From contig JACESM010000001.1 of NCBI GenBank assembly GCA_013911835.1, positions 1 to 55,131 of the forward strand: a stretch of DNA of 55,131 nucleotides, in the 5' to 3' direction. The notes under the pieces were generated by a model, which saw only the letters and a list, made by a program, of their open reading frames with translations, was not told the DNA's origin and did no database searches. Origin of the DNA: Porphyrobacter sp. (lineage in GTDB: Bacteria; Pseudomonadota; Alphaproteobacteria; Sphingomonadales; Sphingomonadaceae). Below are positions 31,762-41,074 of the stretch, one piece after another. The position numbers were made by a program, and so were the translations under genes. Position 1 is the stretch's first letter, and every line of letters begins with the position of its first letter.

Positions 31762-31944
31762 TTAATTCGACATGGCAGCGGCACTCTTGCTTTCGACATC
31801 GCCCCACATGTTGATGGTCGTCGTGGCGACGCCCTGAAGCGCGGCGATCATGGCGAGGACGATAAGCGAGAGGATCAGACCGTATTCGACTGCGGTCGCC
31901 CCGGACTGGTCGACGACAAGCCTTTTCAAGAATGTCGACAGCAT
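31762..31944 (-). CDS. Flp/Tad type IVb pilin, divergent copy 3
   Basis: DQSG|ATAVEYGLILSLI Flp motif, 60 aa. Confidence 0.9.
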   Translation of the reverse strand: MLSTFLKRLVVDQSGATAVEYGLILSLIVLAMIAALQGVATTTINMWGDVESKSAAAMSN

Positions 31945-31997
31945 CGGGGAACCCTTTATTTCCTGCGTTCTGACAAGGTCGAGAATCGGCTCAAACC

Positions 31998-32013
31998 GTT
32001 AAGAAAGGGTTGA
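31998..32013. promoter_or_regulatory. CtrA-like box upstream of pilin 3
   Basis: Minus strand TCAA-CCCTTTC-TTAAC, one mismatch from TTAA-N7-TTAAC. Confidence 0.55.
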
Positions 32014-32044
32014 TGCGGCGCGCCATGATGGAAAGAAATCCGAC

Positions 32045-32458
32045 ATGACGCAGGGGTGGATTGCGGTGGTGGCAGGGGCTCTGGACGACGGGAATGGCCG
32101 CCTGCTGCTGCACCGCAGACCTGAAGGAAAGCACCATGCTGGCCTATGGGAATTCCCGGGGGGGAAGGTCGAACCCGGTGAGATGCCAGCCGCAGCCTTG
32201 GTGCGCGAACTGGCCGAGGAGCTGGGGATCGCCTGCGACTCGTACGATCTGGTGCCTTGCGGCTTTGCCGAGACAGGCGCGCAGATGGGAAGCGGCCCGG
32301 CGCTGGTGCTGCTGCTCTACCGGTTGGCGCGCTGGCAGGGCGAGCCGCAGGCGCTCGAGGGTGGGGCAGTCGGCTGGTTCACTCCCGACGAGATCGCTGC
32401 GCTGGCCAAGCCGCCGCTCGATGCCGAGCTCGCCGCGCGTCTGTTCCAATTTCGCTGA
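32045..32458 (+). CDS. NUDIX hydrolase, MutT/NudG-like
   Basis: WEFPGGKVEPGEMPAAALVRELAEELG Nudix box. Confidence 0.9.
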   Translation: MTQGWIAVVAGALDDGNGRLLLHRRPEGKHHAGLWEFPGGKVEPGEMPAAALVRELAEELGIACDSYDLVPCGFAETGAQMGSGPALVLLLYRLARWQGEPQALEGGAVGWFTPDEIAALAKPPLDAELAARLFQFR

Positions 32459-32518
32459 ATTGCCATCGAACCCACTTGCCAAGCCCGAACGACCCTCCTA
32501 AAGGCCGCCCCCTAGCGC

Positions 32519-32595
32519 GCACCCGTAGCTCAGCTGGATAGAGCATCAGACTACGAATCTGAGGGTCGGACGTTCGAATCGTTCCGGGTGCGCCA
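32519..32595 (+). tRNA. tRNA-Arg(ACG)
   Basis: 77-nt cloverleaf: acceptor GCACCCG/CGGGTGC, anticodon arm TCAGA-CTACGAA-TCTGA, TTCGAAT loop, encoded CCA. Confidence 0.97.
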
Positions 32596-32773
32596 AAACA
32601 GCTCGCTCCTCGCAAGAGGGGCGGGCTGTTTTGGTTCTGCCCAAGAACGGTTCGGGCCTGTTCGGAATCGGAGGCGGCATGCCGCCGGAGATGACGGAGC
32701 CGCGCAGCGGCGGAGTAATCGTTCCGGGTGCGCCAACAAGGCCCGTTGCCTCGCAAGAGGCGGCGGGCCTTGT
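32577..32773 (+). repeat. Direct repeat of the tRNA 3' end, each copy followed by a related hairpin
   Basis: AATCGTTCCGGGTGCGCCAA at 32577-32596 and 32717-32736; both followed by hairpins with a CCTCGCAAGAGG core. Confidence 0.85.
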
Positions 32774-32778
32774 CGGTT

Positions 32779-33168
32779 TCAGTCCTCGACCGAATCCTCG
32801 AGCGCGTGCATGTCATCGTCCGACAGGCCGAAATGATGTCCCGCCTCGTGGATCACCACATGGCGCACAAGTTCGGCAAAGCTCACGCCGGTCTCCTCCA
32901 TCTCGGCGAGCAGCGGCTGGCGGAACAGCGTGATCACCGGAGGCAGCCCCTCGCTGCCCCACTGGCTCCTTTCGGTGAGCGCCACGCCTTCATAAAGCCC
33001 GGTCAGATCGTACGGATCCTCGATCCCGAGCGAATCGAGCTGCTCGTCGGTGGCAAACTCCTCCACCTTCAGCACCACGCCTTCGAGCGCGCACGCGAAC
33101 ACCTCGGGCAAGCGCGCCAGCACGGCGCGTGCGAGCGATTCGAATTCAGCGGCAGAGGGCTCGCGCAT
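32779..33168 (-). CDS. Zincin-like metallopeptidase family protein
   Basis: LTGLYEG, ITLFRQP, VVIHEAGHHFGLSDDDM. Confidence 0.88.
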   Translation of the reverse strand: MREPSAAEFESLARAVLARLPEVFACALEGVVLKVEEFATDEQLDSLGIEDPYDLTGLYEGVALTERSQWGSEGLPPVITLFRQPLLAEMEETGVSFAELVRHVVIHEAGHHFGLSDDDMHALEDSVED

Positions 33169-33375
33169 GATGGATTTGCATCCTTTTGAAGGCGTGAGGG
33201 GGTGAATTGCGCAAAATCCTGCCTACATTTTCACAGGTAGCGGCGGCATCCATCGGCTGCAATCGGCGTATCTTGGCGGAACGCCTCGAATGTTCGATGG
33301 TTGACGACACTCGGGATTGACAGGCGAGAGGGCTCTCCATGGGGGAGCTGCAGATTGAAGAAAGACGAAACTGCC

Positions 33376-34002
33376 ATGAACCATATCTCCGCCCACGATC
33401 ACGATGACGTGTTCGATCCGGAAAATCCGCTCGGCAAGCCCGAAGTGCCCGAGAACGTGCAGGAGGCGATCCGCACGCTGATCGCCTGGGCGGGTGATGA
33501 TCCGCAGCGCGAGGGCCTGCTCGACACCCCCAAGCGCGTGGGCCGGGCATGGCTCGAATATTGCGAGGGCTATCGCGAGGATCCGGCAATCCACCTCACC
33601 CGCCAGTTTACCGAAGTGGGCGGCTATGACGAGATTGTCCTCCTCAAGAACATCCCCTTCCAGTCGCATTGCGAGCACCACATGGCCCCGATCATCGGCA
33701 AGGCGGCGATTGCCTATCTGCCGCGCACCAAGGTCGTGGGCATCTCCAAGCTTGCGCGGGTGTTGCATGGCTATGCCAGCCGGCTCCAGATTCAGGAGCG
33801 CCTGACTGCCGAGGTCGCGCAATGCATCTGGGACCATCTCGATCCGCACGGCGTTGCCGTGGTGATCGAGGCCGAGCACGGCTGCATGACCGGTCGCGGG
33901 GTCAAGACTCACGGGGTCGGCATGGTCACCAGCCGCATCCTCGGCTGCTTCCTCGAAGACCATCGCAGCCGCAAGGAAGTGATGAGCCTGATGGGTTACT
34001 GA
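33376..34002 (+). CDS. folE: GTP cyclohydrolase I
   Basis: REGLLDTPKRV, SHCEHH, GISKLAR, QIQERLT, EHGCMTGRG. Confidence 0.97.
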   Translation: MNHISAHDHDDVFDPENPLGKPEVPENVQEAIRTLIAWAGDDPQREGLLDTPKRVGRAWLEYCEGYREDPAIHLTRQFTEVGGYDEIVLLKNIPFQSHCEHHMAPIIGKAAIAYLPRTKVVGISKLARVLHGYASRLQIQERLTAEVAQCIWDHLDPHGVAVVIEAEHGCMTGRGVKTHGVGMVTSRILGCFLEDHRSRKEVMSLMGY

Positions 34003-34147
34003 CCTGCAATCCTGCATGAAGCGGCACATTGACGGCACACATGCGTAATTGATGAAATTGCAACCTAGGTTGGTTGGCGCTCATCTGTTTGGATGATATG
34101 TTGCATCATCGACGGCCAAAAGGCCGCGACAAGCAGGAGAGACCATC

Positions 34148-34588
34148 ATGAAGAAGCTTGTGATGAGCGGTCTGGTGCTGGCCGCCAGCATCGCCGCACC
34201 CGCCTATGCGCTCGAGCACGAGGTGGTGATCGATCACGCCGAAGGGCCGATCGCCGCCGATTACAAGGGCACGGTCACGATCGAGACGCGCCAGGTCGGC
34301 ACCGCAGGTGTCGCCGGGCGGCCGAGCACGCTGAGCTGCCAGTGGACGGCCAAGCTGAATGTCGAACGCATCGCCAAGGTCGGCAGCACCTTGAGCTCGC
34401 GCCGCACGCTGACCAGCGACGATGTCGCCAGCGGCGCGCGTCCGGGCTGGTGCCCGAGCAACCCCGAAGCGATCGGAAAGCTGGTCGATGCCCGCAGCGA
34501 TCGGGTGCGCAGCGCGCTGCTCGCGCTGGTCGAACAGGACCGTGCTGCGCTGGTGGCCGAGGCAGACACCGCCACCACGCTCGGCTGA
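34148..34588 (+). CDS. Secreted hypothetical protein
   Basis: AGGAG SD, signal peptide ending AYA, two Cys, followed by a terminator. Confidence 0.75.
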   Translation: MKKLVMSGLVLAASIAAPAYALEHEVVIDHAEGPIAADYKGTVTIETRQVGTAGVAGRPSTLSCQWTAKLNVERIAKVGSTLSSRRTLTSDDVASGARPGWCPSNPEAIGKLVDARSDRVRSALLALVEQDRAALVAEADTATTLG

Positions 34589-34611
34589 GCCGACGCAAGG
34601 TTCGCAATCGG

Positions 34612-34647
34612 AAACGGGGCGCCCCATCAGCGGGAGCGCCCCGTTTT
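34612..34647 (+). terminator. Intrinsic terminator
   Basis: AAACGGGGCGC...GCGCCCCGTTTT. Confidence 0.75.
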
Positions 34648-34724
34648 CGCGTTTGCCGTCAGCGGCAAAGCAGCATAGCTTCGCGCCCGGGATCAGATTG
34701 AAGCTTATCCGAGGAGACTGTCCG

Positions 34725-35246
34725 ATGCTGTCTGTCACTGCCTGCCGTCTGCTTGCCCTTGCCGCTCCGGTCGCCTTGCTGGCTGCCTGTTCGGGCGGCG
34801 ACTCTGCCGCTCCGGCCGCCGAGGGCACCGCTGATGTCGCAGCCGCTGCCGGAGAGGCGCCGCCGATCATCAAGGAGCGCGAGGAGAATTTCGAGGGGAT
34901 CGGCGCAGCCTTCAAGGCGATTCGCGGGCAGCTCGACGCCGCAACGCCCGATTTCGCGCTGATCGCCGCCAAGGCCACGGACATCAACACCCGTGCGCAG
35001 GCGATCCCGAATCATTTCCCCGCCGGCACCAGCACCGCCGATGGCTTCAAGACCGAAGCGCTGCCGGTGATCTGGGAGAAGCCCGAAGAGTTCAAGGCGG
35101 CCGCGCAGAAGCTGGTCGATGAAAGCGCCAAGCTCGCCAGCCTTGCCTCCGGCGGCGACAAGGCGGCGGTGGGCGCGCAGGCGATGGCGATGGGCGGCGC
35201 GTGCAAGGGCTGCCACGACACGTTCCGGCTCGATGACGAGAAGTAG
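34725..35246 (+). CDS. Class II cytochrome c (c'/c556-like), lipoprotein
   Basis: Lipobox LAAC, ALPVIWEKPEEF, C-terminal CKGCHDTFR. Confidence 0.9.
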   Translation: MLSVTACRLLALAAPVALLAACSGGDSAAPAAEGTADVAAAAGEAPPIIKEREENFEGIGAAFKAIRGQLDAATPDFALIAAKATDINTRAQAIPNHFPAGTSTADGFKTEALPVIWEKPEEFKAAAQKLVDESAKLASLASGGDKAAVGAQAMAMGGACKGCHDTFRLDDEK

Positions 35247-35249
35247 GGC

Positions 35250-35939
35250 GTGAGCGAAGCTACCCCGCCACGCGCGGGCCTGCCTCCCGATATCAGCGTG
35301 TGGGATCCGCTGCTGCGGCTGACCCACTGGAGCTTTCCGCTGCTGATCCCCGCCATGTGGTGGACGGCCGAGAACGACAAGTGGGCGCTGCACAAGCGCA
35401 TCGGGCTGGTGCTGCTCGGCCTGCTGGTGTTCCGCGCGGCGTGGGGCTTCATCGGCCCCGAGACGGCGCGCTTTGGGCATTTCGTGAAGGGGCCCAAGGC
35501 AGTGCTCGCCTATCTGCGCGGCGACAGGGGCGCTGGCCCCGCGATCGGCCATTCGCCGCTGGGCGGGTGGAGCACCATGGCGCTCTTGGGCGCGATGCTC
35601 TTGCAGGTCAGCCTCGGTCTGTTCGCGGGCGATCCCTTCGACGGGACGACGGGGCCCTTGAACAGCCTCGTCGGCGTGGCGCTGGCCGACACGATCACCG
35701 AACTGCACGAAACTGTCTTCTGGGTGATCGCCGGACTGATCGGCCTGCATCTGGCCGCGATCTGCTTCTATTCGGTGAAGGGCGATGACCTGCTCAGCCC
35801 GATGGTCGGCGGCACGCGTGCACCGATGGAGGGCGTCGCGGGAATCGGCCCGGTGCCGTGGGTGAGGGGGCTGCTTGCCTGCGGCCTTGCAGGGGTACTG
35901 GCGCTGTGGGTCGCTTACGGGGCGCCGCCGCTGACATGA
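35250..35939 (+). CDS. Cytochrome b (Ni-hydrogenase CytB-like)
   Basis: VWDPLLRLTHW, GHSPLGG, conserved TM His residues. Confidence 0.9.
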   Translation: MSEATPPRAGLPPDISVWDPLLRLTHWSFPLLIPAMWWTAENDKWALHKRIGLVLLGLLVFRAAWGFIGPETARFGHFVKGPKAVLAYLRGDRGAGPAIGHSPLGGWSTMALLGAMLLQVSLGLFAGDPFDGTTGPLNSLVGVALADTITELHETVFWVIAGLIGLHLAAICFYSVKGDDLLSPMVGGTRAPMEGVAGIGPVPWVRGLLACGLAGVLALWVAYGAPPLT

Positions 35940-36424
35940 CAGGACGTTGGCCGCAGCAGGTCAGGGCCATATCCTTTATGGCACCAAGGCTTGGGGCTTT
36001 GTCGCTATTGGCTCTCTTGCTCAACGAACCCGCCGGTGCCGATGACGAAACGTGGCAGGAGGATTTTCCGCAGAATTGCATTTTCCCGGCTGACGGCCTC
36101 GAAGAACCTGAGCCTTGCCGAAGTTTCTACCGGGTGTCCGACCGTCGCACTGAAGATGGCGAGGCCTATACGGTCTATGAATACAAGTGGACAAACGCCG
36201 ATGGCCGGGAGGTTGTTTACGTTCCAGACATTGGTGGCCTCGGCACGGGCCGATTCACAATCGGCACGCTAACCGACAATCGCTTTGACGGGGGGAGCAC
36301 GTTCAATCCGGCTGTTAGTCATGCCTTGCATCGGGACAAGACCGTCATCGGCGCGCCAACCCATCTCTATCTGTTTGCTGTGTGCGACGAGTACATCGAC
36401 GGGAAGCCGTATAATTGCGACTGA
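35936..36424 (+). CDS. Hypothetical (possibly exported) protein
   Basis: AT-richer ORF coupled to cytochrome b, signal-like segment, four Cys; start 35936 or 35978. Confidence 0.55.
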   Translation: MTGRWPQQVRAISFMAPRLGALSLLALLLNEPAGADDETWQEDFPQNCIFPADGLEEPEPCRSFYRVSDRRTEDGEAYTVYEYKWTNADGREVVYVPDIGGLGTGRFTIGTLTDNRFDGGSTFNPAVSHALHRDKTVIGAPTHLYLFAVCDEYIDGKPYNCD

Positions 36425-36454
36425 CAGGGTTCACGGTCCCTGTCGGCTCCAACG

Positions 36455-36491
36455 AAAAAGGGGCGCCCCCGTTGCGGGAGGCGCCCCTTTT
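36455..36491. terminator. Bidirectional intrinsic terminator
   Basis: AAAAAGGGGCGCC...GGCGCCCCTTTT between convergent genes. Confidence 0.8.
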
Positions 36492-36514
36492 CACTTGTGC
36501 GTGTCGGAAAGGCC

Positions 36515-36994
36515 TTACAGCTGCCCGAGCATGTGTTCCGCGCTCGAGACGCGGAAGTCGCCGGGTTCTTCGACATTGAGCTGCTCGACCACGCCGTCAT
36601 TGACCACCATCGAGAACCGCTGGCCGCGCTTGCCGAGGCCGAAGCCCGAGCCGTCCATGGTGAGGCCGATCGCCTCGACGAATTCGGCATTGCCGTCGGC
36701 GAGCATGGTGATGTCGTCGCTGCCGGCGGCCTTGTTCCAGGCGCCCATCACGAAGGCATCATTGACCGCAGTGCCGACGATCTCGTCGACGCCCTTGGCC
36801 TTGAGATCAGCGGCCTTTTCGACGAAGCCCGGCAGGTGCTTGGCCGAGCAGGTCGGGGTGAAGGCGCCGGGCACGGAGAACAGCGCGACGCGCTTGCCGG
36901 CAAAGTAGTCGGAGGACTTGACCGGCTGCGGGCCTTCGGCGGTGGCCTTGATCAGGGTGACTTCGGGAAGCTTGTCGCCAATGGAGATGGTCAT
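36515..36994 (-). CDS. Peroxiredoxin (Prx5 type)
   Basis: VPGAFTPTCSAKHLP, VNDAFVMGAW, ADGN. Confidence 0.93.
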   Translation of the reverse strand: MTISIGDKLPEVTLIKATAEGPQPVKSSDYFAGKRVALFSVPGAFTPTCSAKHLPGFVEKAADLKAKGVDEIVGTAVNDAFVMGAWNKAAGSDDITMLADGNAEFVEAIGLTMDGSGFGLGKRGQRFSMVVNDGVVEQLNVEEPGDFRVSSAEHMLGQL

Positions 36995-37069
36995 TGCGGG
37001 AGGGTCCTCTCTTAGGGGGGTGTGCGGGCGCTCTCTATCGCGAGTGCCGTCGATGGGCAACAAATAGAC

Positions 37070-37089
37070 ATATAAAGATAAGTTTATAT
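37070..37089. promoter_or_regulatory. 20-bp AT-rich palindromic operator, SahR-like
   Basis: ATATAAAGATAAGTTTATAT upstream of ahcY in an otherwise GC-rich context. Confidence 0.65.
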
Positions 37090-37182
37090 TTGCCTCAGGG
37101 CCGATGTGCGGCTAGGGGGCTAGCCGCATAAACAGACAGGCCGCCCACGCGGGTGCCTATCTGTGCATAGGAGATAGAAAAC

Positions 37183-38607
37183 ATGGCCACCCTCGCTGCC
37201 ACCCCCGCCACCGAATATGTGATCAAGGACATCGCGCTTGCCCAGTTCGGCCGCGACGAGATCATGATTGCCGAGACCGAAATGCCGGGCCTGATGGCCC
37301 TGCGCGCCGAGTATGGCGCCGCGCAGCCCTTGAAGGGCGCGCGCATCACCGGCTCGCTCCACATGACCATCCAGACCGCGGTGCTGATCGAGACCCTCGT
37401 CGCGCTGGGTGCCGAAGTGCGCTGGGCGACCTGCAACATCTTCTCGACCCAGGACCACGCCGCGGCCGCGATCGCCGCGCGCGGGATCCCGGTCTTCGCC
37501 ATCAAGGGCGAGACGCTGGCCGATTACTGGGACTATGTGGGCCGCATCTTCGATTGGGCGACGGAAGAGAACCCCGATCTCACCTGCAACCTGATCCTCG
37601 ACGATGGCGGCGATGCCACCATGTTCGCGCTGTGGGGCGCACGCATCGAAGCGGGCGAGGAAATGGGCGAACCGACCAACGCGGAAGAGATCGAGTTCCA
37701 GCGCGCGCTGAAGGCCTTCGTCGCCGCCAAGCCCGGCTACCTCACCAAGACGGTGAAGGCGATCAAGGGCGTCTCGGAAGAGACCACCACGGGCGTGATG
37801 CGCCTCTACCAGATCGCCAAGCAGGGCAAGCTCCCGTTCCCCGCGATCAACGTGAACGATTCGGTCACCAAGTCGAAGTTCGACAACCTCTACGGCTGCA
37901 AGGAATCGCTGGTCGACGCGATCCGCCGCGCGACCGACGTGATGCTGGCCGGCAAGGTCGCCTGCGTTGCCGGTTACGGCGATGTCGGCAAGGGTTCGGC
38001 CGCCTCGCTGCGTGATGGCGGCGCCCGCGTGATGGTCACCGAGATCGACCCGATCTGCGCGCTGCAGGCCGCGATGGACGGCTTCGAGGTTGTCACCATG
38101 GAAGACGCCGTGAAGCGCGCCGACATCTTCGTCACCGCCACCGGCAACGAGGACGTCATCACCGCCGACCACATGATGAGCATGAAGCCGATGGCGATCG
38201 TGTGCAACATCGGCCACTTCGACAGCGAAATCCAGATCGCCGCGCTTTCCAACTACGAGTGGAAGGAAATCAAGGAAGGCACCGACCTCGTCACCTTCCC
38301 CGATGGCAAGTCGATCATTGTGCTCGCCAAGGGCCGCCTCGTGAACCTCGGCTGCGCCACCGGCCACCCGAGCTTCGTGATGAGCGCGAGCTTCACCAAC
38401 CAGACCCTCGCGCAGATCGAGCTGTTCACCAAGTCGGACGAATACGAAAACGATGTCTACGTCCTGCCCAAGCATCTCGACGAGAAGGTCGCTGCGCTTC
38501 ACCTTGAAAAGCTGGGCGTCAAGCTGACCCAGCTTTCGGGCAAGCAGGCGAGCTACATCGGCGTGCCGCAGGCCGGCCCGTTCAAGCCGGACCACTACCG
38601 CTACTAG
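37183..38607 (+). CDS. ahcY: Adenosylhomocysteinase
   Basis: [53 protein letters not shown]. Confidence 0.98.
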   Translation: MATLAATPATEYVIKDIALAQFGRDEIMIAETEMPGLMALRAEYGAAQPLKGARITGSLHMTIQTAVLIETLVALGAEVRWATCNIFSTQDHAAAAIAARGIPVFAIKGETLADYWDYVGRIFDWATEENPDLTCNLILDDGGDATMFALWGARIEAGEEMGEPTNAEEIEFQRALKAFVAAKPGYLTKTVKAIKGVSEETTTGVMRLYQIAKQGKLPFPAINVNDSVTKSKFDNLYGCKESLVDAIRRATDVMLAGKVACVAGYGDVGKGSAASLRDGGARVMVTEIDPICALQAAMDGFEVVTMEDAVKRADIFVTATGNEDVITADHMMSMKPMAIVCNIGHFDSEIQIAALSNYEWKEIKEGTDLVTFPDGKSIIVLAKGRLVNLGCATGHPSFVMSASFTNQTLAQIELFTKSDEYENDVYVLPKHLDEKVAALHLEKLGVKLTQLSGKQASYIGVPQAGPFKPDHYRY

Positions 38608-38710
38608 GATGACGAACACCCGCCCGCTCCGCCCCGTTTTTGCACGGGGTCGGGGGCGGGCGGGATGTCCCCCGTTGCACTCGCAGCGCAGCGCGCATAG
38701 CGGTTGAGCA

Positions 38711-41074
38711 ATGGACCTCTCGCCACTCTCGCTGGTGCTGATTGCGCTCGTTCTTGCCGCCTGGGCGGTGGGGGCGGGCTTTGTCGTGCTGCGCGCGAAC
38801 CGCAGCGCGCGGCGCGCGAAGGCGCTGCGCACCAGCGTCAAGCGGATGCAGACCCTGCTCGACGTTGCCCCGGCGCTGCCGCTGCTGGTGCGGGTCGACG
38901 GGCGGATCGAGGCGCCCGAGCGGCTGGCCCGGATGCTGGGCCTCGCCAGCATGCCCAAATACCTTTCCGAACTTGCCGCGCCGCCCGGTAACACCAAGGC
39001 AGGCGGGCTGGCGCAGGCGCAGATCGACCAGCTGTGGGGCAAGATCCAGACTACCCAGAAGAGCGCCGCGCCCTTCCGCATGGCGATCAACCTGCCCGGC
39101 TCGCAGCGCAGCCTCGCGCTCTACGGCACGCTCGCCGATCCGCAGGTCTCGCCCGGAGGGGCGGCGCTGGTGTGGGTGTTCGATTTCACCGAGAGCCATT
39201 CCGAGATGGCCCGCCTCAGGGCTGCTGCCGCGCGCGCCACGGGGGACTTCGCCGCGCTTGTCGGCCTGATCGAGGCTGCGCCCATGCCGATGTGGTTCCG
39301 CGATGCCGAATTGAAGCTCCAACTCGTCAACCAGGCCTATGTCGATGCCGTCGGTGCGGTCAGCGCGGCCGAGGTGGTGCAGGGCCAGATCGAGCTGCTC
39401 GAGCCTGAAGGCGCCCGCTCGCCCGCCGATATCGCGCGCACCAGCCTCCAGAGCCAGGACGCTTCGGAACGGATCGTCGCCGCCACAATCCTCGGCGCGC
39501 GGCGCACCTTGCGCGTTTCTGATCTGCCCCTGGGGCAGGAAGGCGTTGCGGGCTACGCCATCGATATCGAGGAGCAGCAGCAGGTCGCACGCGAGTTCCG
39601 CGCCTTCCGCGATGCCCAGCGCGCGTTGCTCGATCAGCTTTCGGTCGGCGTCGCGCTGTTCGATGCCGAGGAGCGCCTGACCTTCGCCAACCGTCCGTTC
39701 CGGCGGCTGTTTGCGCTGAGCGAAGAGGTGATCGAGGCGCGCACGCCGTTTGATCGCTTCATGGCCGAAGCGCGCGAACGTGGCCGCACCCCCGAAGTGC
39801 GCGACTTTCCCGAGTGGCGGCGGGAGCGGCAGGCGTGGTTCGGGATGCGCGAAGCGGGCGAGGAAGCCTGGCCGCTGCCCGGCGGCACGCATCTGCGCGT
39901 CGTCGCGCAACCGATGCCCGACGGCGGCCTCGTCCTTATCACCGAGGACCGCACTGAAAGCCTCGCGCTCTCCGCCGTGCGCGACACGCTGCTGCGCACC
40001 CGCACCGCGACGCTCGACAGCCTGTTCGAAGCGCTCGCGATCTTCGCCCCCGATGGCTCGGTGCAGCTCTGGAACCGCAGCTTTGCGGGCACCTGGGGCC
40101 TCACCACCGACCTGCTCGACCGCCACCCGAGCGCCGACGAGCTGCTGAGTGCGATCGGGCGCAATCTCGTCCATCCCGAGGAAGCCACGCTGATCGGCGC
40201 GGCGGTGCGCGCGGCGACGCTCGACCGGCGCGAGAAGGGCGGGCAGGTGGAGCTGGCTGACGGGCGCACATTGCGCTTTGCCGGGATACCGCTCCCCGAT
40301 GGCAATGGCCTGCTGACGGTGCTCGACATCACCGCCTCGCAGAAGGCCGAGCAGGCCCTGCGCGAACGCGCCGAGGCTTTGGAAGAGGCCGATGCGGTCA
40401 AGGCCAAGTTCCTCGCCAACATGAGCTACGAGTTCCGCACGCCGCTGACCACCATCGGCGGCTATGCCGAACTCCTCAAGAGCGGCGCGGCGGCCGAACC
40501 GCAGGCGGCGGGCGAATATGTCGACGCGATCCTCGCCGCGGTCGAACGCCTGACCGAGCAGGTCGAGAACGTGCTCGATCTGTCGCAGTCCGAAGCTGGG
40601 CTGCTGCCGATCCGCAAGGAAAGGCTGGACGTGCTCGACTTCCTCACCACGCTGGTGCGCGAGCGCGAAGCGGCGATCATCGCGGCGGGCCTCAGCCTCG
40701 ATCTCAAGGGCCGCCGGGGCCGGGTGATCGCGGCCGATCCGCGCCAGCTGGGCCGCGCGGTGGGCAATCTGCTCGACAATGCCATTGCCGGCACCCCTGA
40801 TGGCGGGCGGATCGTGATCGAGATCCGCCGCGCGAGCGATCCGGACGCCGGGTGGAATGTCGAAATCAGCATCGCTGATAATGGCCGCGGCATGAGCGCG
40901 CAGGAGCTGGCGCTGGCGCAGGGCGGGGTGAAGCCGGGCGGCGAGGGCGCTTCCGAACGCCGCACCGGGCTCGGCATCCCGCTCGCCCGGCAGCTGATCG
41001 CAGGACATGACGGGACGCTCGAGATCGTCAGCCGCAAGGGCGCGGGCACCACGGCGACGATTCGGTTGCCGTGA
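38711..41074 (+). CDS. divL: Multi-PAS histidine-kinase-like protein DivL
   Basis: N-terminal TM, PAS repeats, H-box NMSYEFRTPL with Tyr replacing His; tsaE-addBA synteny. Confidence 0.85.
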   Translation: MDLSPLSLVLIALVLAAWAVGAGFVVLRANRSARRAKALRTSVKRMQTLLDVAPALPLLVRVDGRIEAPERLARMLGLASMPKYLSELAAPPGNTKAGGLAQAQIDQLWGKIQTTQKSAAPFRMAINLPGSQRSLALYGTLADPQVSPGGAALVWVFDFTESHSEMARLRAAAARATGDFAALVGLIEAAPMPMWFRDAELKLQLVNQAYVDAVGAVSAAEVVQGQIELLEPEGARSPADIARTSLQSQDASERIVAATILGARRTLRVSDLPLGQEGVAGYAIDIEEQQQVAREFRAFRDAQRALLDQLSVGVALFDAEERLTFANRPFRRLFALSEEVIEARTPFDRFMAEARERGRTPEVRDFPEWRRERQAWFGMREAGEEAWPLPGGTHLRVVAQPMPDGGLVLITEDRTESLALSAVRDTLLRTRTATLDSLFEALAIFAPDGSVQLWNRSFAGTWGLTTDLLDRHPSADELLSAIGRNLVHPEEATLIGAAVRAATLDRREKGGQVELADGRTLRFAGIPLPDGNGLLTVLDITASQKAEQALRERAEALEEADAVKAKFLANMSYEFRTPLTTIGGYAELLKSGAAAEPQAAGEYVDAILAAVERLTEQVENVLDLSQSEAGLLPIRKERLDVLDFLTTLVREREAAIIAAGLSLDLKGRRGRVIAADPRQLGRAVGNLLDNAIAGTPDGGRIVIEIRRASDPDAGWNVEISIADNGRGMSAQELALAQGGVKPGGEGASERRTGLGIPLARQLIAGHDGTLEIVSRKGAGTTATIRLP

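Noticed and set aside
33190-33375. THF-II (folE motif) riboswitch upstream of folE
   Set aside because: The core I recall (CCGUUCAACUCG...ACGGGAG) is absent; only a generic hairpin is visible. An Rfam scan would settle it.
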